From positions 310,001 through 374,000 of IMG/VR virus record IMGVR_UViG_3300032288_004964: a stretch of 64,000 nucleotides of DNA, one strand, 5' to 3'. Shown here one piece after another: positions 59,222-64,000 of the stretch. Numbering within the stretch: position 1 is the stretch's first letter; every line of letters begins with the position of its first letter. A program made the position numbers and the translations under genes. The notes beneath the pieces are model-generated. The model was not told the DNA's origin and ran no database searches. It was given only the letters and a program-made list of their open reading frames with translations.

Positions 59222-59971
59222 ATGAAATTTAGATATTTATCAGATACCGAAATACTTAGGTGGAATAAGAGATTAGATAATAGTGGATATTCAGTATATC
59301 CGAAACCTAATAATAAATCAGCTGAGCCATATATTTGTTTCAAACAAAAAGTAGGATATCAAAATAATGCTATGGGTAGTCAGTTTGTAATTACTACTGA
59401 TCCTTTTATGAGATATGACTTTGTATTCTCAATATCTAGTAATAGAATTGATAATTTTTTTGAGATTTTTAATAAACTATCTAAAATTCCTTTTGGTAGT
59501 AAATCAATTTATGTAGATTTGAATAATGAAAAAATTACTGATATTAAATTTACCGATGATATTATTGAAAGTAAAGAAGAAACAAAACATAAAGTATCCG
59601 ACAAGGAATATATTAGATATACTTACCACTTTGCTGGTAAGTTATCTAGTATTATGGCTTATGTTATGTATTTAGAAGATGCTATTAATTTCCTAAGTGA
59701 GATATTTGGATATAATGAAGATGGATCAGAAGTTTGTTTGTTAAAATTTCCAATAGGTACACAAGTTTCAACATTGAAAGATAAATCAACAGATTATTTA
59801 GTTTTAGATTATGTTTATAGAAAAATGGATGGTAAGTATTTCATTAGTTATGTTGCTAGTGAAATGATTAAAAGTAATGGTAACTCTATAACATATGGTG
59901 AGGTTTTAAACTTCAATGAGAAGGATTTATGTTATAGTAGAAATAGTAGAATAGATGATATATTAAATTAA
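59222..59971 (+). CDS. Hypothetical protein with C-terminal tag
   Basis: Ends SRNSRIDDILN. Confidence 0.55.
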   Translation: MKFRYLSDTEILRWNKRLDNSGYSVYPKPNNKSAEPYICFKQKVGYQNNAMGSQFVITTDPFMRYDFVFSISSNRIDNFFEIFNKLSKIPFGSKSIYVDLNNEKITDIKFTDDIIESKEETKHKVSDKEYIRYTYHFAGKLSSIMAYVMYLEDAINFLSEIFGYNEDGSEVCLLKFPIGTQVSTLKDKSTDYLVLDYVYRKMDGKYFISYVASEMIKSNGNSITYGEVLNFNEKDLCYSRNSRIDDILN

Positions 59972-60084
59972 TGAAAGAACTAGAAGATATATTTAATACA
60001 GAGGAATTTAAATCACTTCCTTGGATTAAAAGATTTTGGATAAGAGTTAAAGTAGCTTTTATACAAACTATAAATATGATGTAA
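59971..60084 (+). CDS. 37-aa peptide (not in ORF track)
   Basis: TAATG coupling; MKELEDIFNTEEFKSLPWIKRFWIRVKVAFIQTINMM. Confidence 0.4.
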   Translation: MKELEDIFNTEEFKSLPWIKRFWIRVKVAFIQTINMM

Positions 60085-60131
60085 AAAAAATTAGGTTAAT
60101 ACTAATTTTATTTTTACATTTGTAGATAATT

Positions 60132-60203
60132 GCAGGTATAGCTCAGTGGTAGAGCAGGATTCTCTAAAAGTCTTTGTCGTGGGTTCGATCCCCGCTACCC
60201 GCA
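60132..60203 (+). tRNA. tRNA with CUA anticodon (amber suppressor)
   Basis: Acceptor GCAGGTA/TACCCGC (one A-C mismatch), D arm GCTC/GAGC, anticodon stem GGATT/AGTCT with loop CT-CTA-AA, T arm GTGGG-TTCGATC-CCCGC; CCA not encoded. Confidence 0.88.
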
Positions 60204-60219
60204 CTAAAATAAAACAAAC

Positions 60220-60627
60220 ATGAAAAAAATCATAACAATTCTGTTCTTATCATTTACCTCTGTTATTTTTGCAAAGGGTAATGATTCAATCTTTGAAAAA
60301 TCACCAATATTATTTTCAAAGTCAAATTTTAATTACAATACTCAAAAGATTAATCTAAAAATGAGTATGTATAAAGACTATAGTTCATCTGATAAGAGAA
60401 CTGCTGGTTTAGTTTTAATGTTAGCTGGTTTAGCATTCACAACCGCTTCAATACTTGAAAGTGATGCTGCTTATGGTACTTGGACTAACAATCCTCAACC
60501 TGGTAATCCATACAATCAAACTTATACTACAAAACCTTTTATTCAACAATTCCCACGTAATATAATGTTAGTAGTTGGTATTGGATTTACATTCTCTGGT
60601 TTTGGTGTTATGGCTAGTAATAAGTAA
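60220..60627 (+). CDS. Exported/membrane protein
   Basis: Signal peptide plus two hydrophobic segments. Confidence 0.6.
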   Translation: MKKIITILFLSFTSVIFAKGNDSIFEKSPILFSKSNFNYNTQKINLKMSMYKDYSSSDKRTAGLVLMLAGLAFTTASILESDAAYGTWTNNPQPGNPYNQTYTTKPFIQQFPRNIMLVVGIGFTFSGFGVMASNK

Positions 60628-60700
60628 TGAAGAATTTAAATAATTTTTTAATTGAATAGAAATTAGATAAAGGGAGGGAAGGCATAAGAATATATACATT

Positions 60701-61408
60701 ATGGAACATTTTGTATATATTCATAAAAACCCTGTAAATGAAGAGGTATTTTATATTGGTCAAGGAACAAGACATAGAGATAAAAATGAAAGAGCTTATT
60801 CTAAAAGGTCAAGAAGTAAATGGTGGTATAATTATGTTAATAAGTATGGAATGCCTATAGTTGAGATAGTGGCTACCAATCTCAGTAAAGAAGATGCTGA
60901 TAAATTAGAAATAGACTTAATAAAGTCATATGGTAGAAAAGATATAAATGAAGGTACTTTGGTTAACCTAACCGATGGTGGTGATGGTAGTGGGAAAAGA
61001 TCTTTAGAATATTGTGAACAATTATCATTGAGAATGAGAGGAGAGAATCATCCTATGTGGGGTAAAAAACACAATAAAAATTGGGTAGAAAATAACTCTA
61101 AATCGAAAATTGGTAAAAAGTTATCAGAGGAAACTAAAAAGAAAATGTCTGAATCAAGAAAAGGTCAGAAAAGAACAGATGAAACCAAAAGAAAAATGTC
61201 TGAATCATTATCAGGTGATAGAAATCCTATGTATGGAAGAACTGGTGATAGAAATCCAGCTTCTAAATTAACTTGGAATATAGTTAAAGAGATAAGAGAT
61301 TCATATAAAGAAGGTAATACTTCTATAAGAAAACTAGCTAAAAAATATAATGTTTCAAACATAACAATTGAAAATGTTATTAAACATAGAACTTGGAAGG
61401 AATTATAA
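60701..61408 (+). mobile_element. GIY-YIG-like homing endonuclease with NUMOD3 repeats
   Basis: FVYIH...FYIGQG..R, LVNLTDGGDG, SEETKKKMSES repeats, C-terminal HTH. Confidence 0.85.
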
Positions 61409-61426
61409 AAACTAATAGATAAAGAA

Positions 61427-61504
61427 ATGAATCAAGCTTATGAACTTGGATCTGTATCAAAACAAGATTATCGCAACTATAAATTAGAGAAGTTAGGAAT
61501 TTAA
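61427..61504 (+). CDS. 25-aa peptide that is essentially only the C-terminal tag (not in ORF track)
   Basis: MNQAYELGSVSKQDYRNYKLEKLGI; stop overlaps next ATG. Confidence 0.4.
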   Translation: MNQAYELGSVSKQDYRNYKLEKLGI

Positions 61505-61797
61505 TGGCATACGGTGATGGTGATATTATAAAAACTAAATTCCTTTGTAAAACAACATGTAGTGGTGGTTCCTATGGTAATATCAAAGAAAGATTTATTA
61601 AAGGAAAATGGTATGATGGTGAATATGAAACTTGGTGGTTTGAAGGTGGTTATAAAATGAATGGTGGTCACCGAAAATACTGGGCTATAAATGAAGGTGG
61701 TGTTAGAGAAGATATTGGAAAGTCTATGTTCAAAATAATTTTTGAAACAGATACAAATGAATTAAGAGATAATAAAATAGAACAAATATTAAAATAA
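61504..61797 (+). CDS. Hypothetical protein with C-terminal tag
   Basis: Ends ELRDNKIEQILK. Confidence 0.55.
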   Translation: MAYGDGDIIKTKFLCKTTCSGGSYGNIKERFIKGKWYDGEYETWWFEGGYKMNGGHRKYWAINEGGVREDIGKSMFKIIFETDTNELRDNKIEQILK

Positions 61798-62183
61798 TGG
61801 AAGAAAAAGATAATAAAATTGTAGTAAGTAATGAGTTTGTAGATATCTACCGAAACTTCAATATAGGTAATCAAGTTGATAAAATGAAAGCTCTAACTAA
61901 AAGAGAGTTGTATTTACTTTTAACTTTGTGTTTAGATAAACATTCTGATGAAAATCCAACGGTTAATAGTAATTTCAAAGACTTTAAAGAACAATGTCTT
62001 GAGATATTTGATGTTCAAGATGAAAAAACAACTGAGAATCAAATACTTTTAGATTTAATTAAAGAAAGTGGGGACCAATATATTGAAACAGATGATATTG
62101 TAGATTCTAAAGGTGATAAACTACCTGAACCTTATACTAAGGAAGAAATTAGAGATATTAGAATTGGTATCATCGGAAAATAA
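61797..62183 (+). CDS. Hypothetical protein with C-terminal tag variant
   Basis: Ends IRDIRIGIIGK. Confidence 0.55.
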   Translation: MEEKDNKIVVSNEFVDIYRNFNIGNQVDKMKALTKRELYLLLTLCLDKHSDENPTVNSNFKDFKEQCLEIFDVQDEKTTENQILLDLIKESGDQYIETDDIVDSKGDKLPEPYTKEEIRDIRIGIIGK

Positions 62184-62231
62184 TTGTTATTTAAAATAAT
62201 TTTTGTATATTTGTAATTCAAATAAAATAAT

Positions 62232-63440
62232 ATGACTGAACAAGAAACTAAAACTGAAGAAGTAAAAGAACCAATTATCGGAGAATTTAAACCTAAGCGT
62301 AAATTCCTAAACTTTGTATCTGCCGTAAATGGTGCTAAAATCCGTTTTATAAGGGATATTGCCTTCTTAAAGGCTGAAAAACTATCAGGTATTCTTGATG
62401 GTGTAGTATTTAAAATTACAATCTGTGATGAAGGTACAATTAACTTTGAAGAAGTTGATACTAACCGTTGTGATAAAGCAATGATTCAAAGATTTGTTGA
62501 TGAACTTAGTGAAACTCCAACTACTGGATACGCACAAAAATTTGTAGTATCTGGATTTGAGTTCACAGATGTTGATGGTAGTCGTTGCTACTTAGAAGTA
62601 GAAGAAAAGAAACCTATTGATAAATTAAAAGCTTTATTTGATAAGCCAGAAGTATCTGAAAAGGGTTTATCTATTTTAGACCAATTATTTGGATCTGATG
62701 ATTTAGATTTAACTGAAGATGATGTTGAGATTATTGTTGAGGCAAATGAAAACCCACCAGCTCCGAATGAAGAGTTAAAAGGTGCGGCTGAATCATATAT
62801 GGAAGAATCATTCCGTAAGATGAATGAAGGAAAAGTTTTAGAACTTAAATCACGAATTGAAGATAAGCAAAAAGAGATTATTCAATTCAACCGTGAGATT
62901 TCTCAATCTGAGAAGAAATTAAAAGAATCTACTGAACAATTAGGAGTTCTTGAGACTCGTTTAGAAACAATGTCACCTGGTGATGAACCTAATGGTTTTG
63001 TATTCTATGTATCAGAAGAACAAAAGAATGAGTTAGGATTAGATGAAAATACAAAGGCTATTGCTGATAAGATTGCTGATCTAATGAGTCTTAAAAAAGA
63101 TGTTCTTTTTGATTACTTAACAGGTGGTTTTTATAAAATAAAAATCGCTAAGAAAGATGATATTACTAATCAAGATTTTCAATTAGATAAAGATATCTAT
63201 GAGAAGATATCAACTCTTGATGTAACTGGTAAAATGACCGTTGTTGATGGATCATTTGAATACCGTGGAACATTAAATTGGCATCAATTAGTTTCAAAGA
63301 TGTTAAGAAAAGGATTTGAACAAGATCCTGATTTTGATAAACTTTGTCAATCTAATTCATATGAGAGTAAGGAAGAATTAAAAGATGATCATAGCTGTGA
63401 TGATGCTGGTTGTGGTGATGGTGGTTGTTCAATTAAATAA
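62232..63440 (+). CDS. Hypothetical protein with central coiled coil
   Basis: 402-aa ORF behind TATATTTG at 62206. Confidence 0.6.
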   Translation: MTEQETKTEEVKEPIIGEFKPKRKFLNFVSAVNGAKIRFIRDIAFLKAEKLSGILDGVVFKITICDEGTINFEEVDTNRCDKAMIQRFVDELSETPTTGYAQKFVVSGFEFTDVDGSRCYLEVEEKKPIDKLKALFDKPEVSEKGLSILDQLFGSDDLDLTEDDVEIIVEANENPPAPNEELKGAAESYMEESFRKMNEGKVLELKSRIEDKQKEIIQFNREISQSEKKLKESTEQLGVLETRLETMSPGDEPNGFVFYVSEEQKNELGLDENTKAIADKIADLMSLKKDVLFDYLTGGFYKIKIAKKDDITNQDFQLDKDIYEKISTLDVTGKMTVVDGSFEYRGTLNWHQLVSKMLRKGFEQDPDFDKLCQSNSYESKEELKDDHSCDDAGCGDGGCSIK

Positions 63441-63449
63441 ATAAAATAA

Positions 63450-63911
63450 ATGTTAGGATATAATTTAAAATACCGTTATAAAAGAATTCGTGTTTATTGG
63501 AGACAATGGCAAATGTCTATCAATGATACAATGACTGCAGATAAGAGAAAACTAACTCCCTACGAGGAAAAGGCTATTCGCCTTTGGAGATTATGTCTTA
63601 AAGATGAAGATACTCAAATGGCTTATAATACACATGGTGTTAGACAAATTGAGAAAGAACATCTTTTCATTATGTTTCAACCAGGTGGTAATCAAGATTA
63701 TATTATGACTATCATGGATGTAAATAATGATAGTAGAAGTTTATATGAGTTTCACATTCCTCAGAAAGATTCTGATGATGTTTGTGAGTATTTTGACTTA
63801 GAAATGGAAAAGCGAATGAGAAAAGTTGAAAATAATAAAAGAAGTATTATTGAGACTGATATTGATAAGTTGCTAGCACAAGAAGAAAAAAATATCAAAA
63901 AAGTATCATAA
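63450..63911 (+). CDS. Hypothetical protein
   Basis: 153-aa ORF. Confidence 0.55.
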   Translation: MLGYNLKYRYKRIRVYWRQWQMSINDTMTADKRKLTPYEEKAIRLWRLCLKDEDTQMAYNTHGVRQIEKEHLFIMFQPGGNQDYIMTIMDVNNDSRSLYEFHIPQKDSDDVCEYFDLEMEKRMRKVENNKRSIIETDIDKLLAQEEKNIKKVS

Positions 63912-64000
63912 TTTTGATATTTATAAAAATCTCCTTATATTTGTAAAACAAATTAAAATATTAAAATGGTAATAAAAAACATACACGAAAAGCTTTTAGC

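Noticed and set aside
4098-61874. Other short antisense or overlapping ORFs in the track (4098, 5231, 7800, 8039, 14661, 15434, 25467, 29887, 33575, 34395, 37727, 38567, 39555, 42808, 51715, 54103, 55415, 57612, 58968, 61165, 61668)
   Set aside because: Wholly overlap better-supported genes and have atypical composition.
1-64000. Bacterial chromosome or eukaryotic giant virus origin (dnaK, nusG, plsY, eukaryote-like nrdB and topoisomerase)
   Set aside because: T4-type Rnl1, RNase H, gp13-like and split topoisomerase genes, many short unknown ORFs, bacterial terminators and Bacteroidota promoters fit a jumbo phage; host-like genes are scattered singly.
1-64000. Genome-wide TAG reassignment
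   Set aside because: Conserved genes are full length in the standard code; readthrough of the neck gene TAG would run through a terminator hairpin.

Overview
Very AT-rich, densely coding 64 kb segment of a T4-like (myovirus-type) jumbo phage, most likely infecting Bacteroidota. The host call rests on TAnnTTTG promoters, absence of Shine-Dalgarno motifs and T9SS cargo genes. Recognisable genes: nrdB, GMP reductase/IMPDH, CspA, a gp13-like neck protein, DnaK/DnaJ/GrpE, Adk, T4 Rnl1-type RNA ligase, amidase, UvsE, NusG, T4 RNase H-like exonuclease, a two-subunit type II topoisomerase, rhomboid, PlsY, a DNA methyltransferase and three free-standing homing endonucleases. Main observations: (1) about 25 unrelated small proteins share a C-terminal tag R-x-x-[K/N/I]-[L/I]-x-x-[I/L]. 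Three of them are tandem mini-genes that look like fragments of major capsid protein, prohead protease and portal fused to the tag (a possible decoy/adaptor system). (2) About 25 different proteins carry an N-terminal MK(H/Y)LKxYxxFE leader resembling a capsid-targeting sequence and sit behind an AATATATA promoter; the two tags never co-occur. (3) A minimal, about 230-nt RNase P RNA. (4) An amber (CUA) suppressor tRNA. (5) An about 90-nt structured RNA candidate complementary to 23S rRNA helix 69-71. All homology calls are by eye and from memory; no searches were run.
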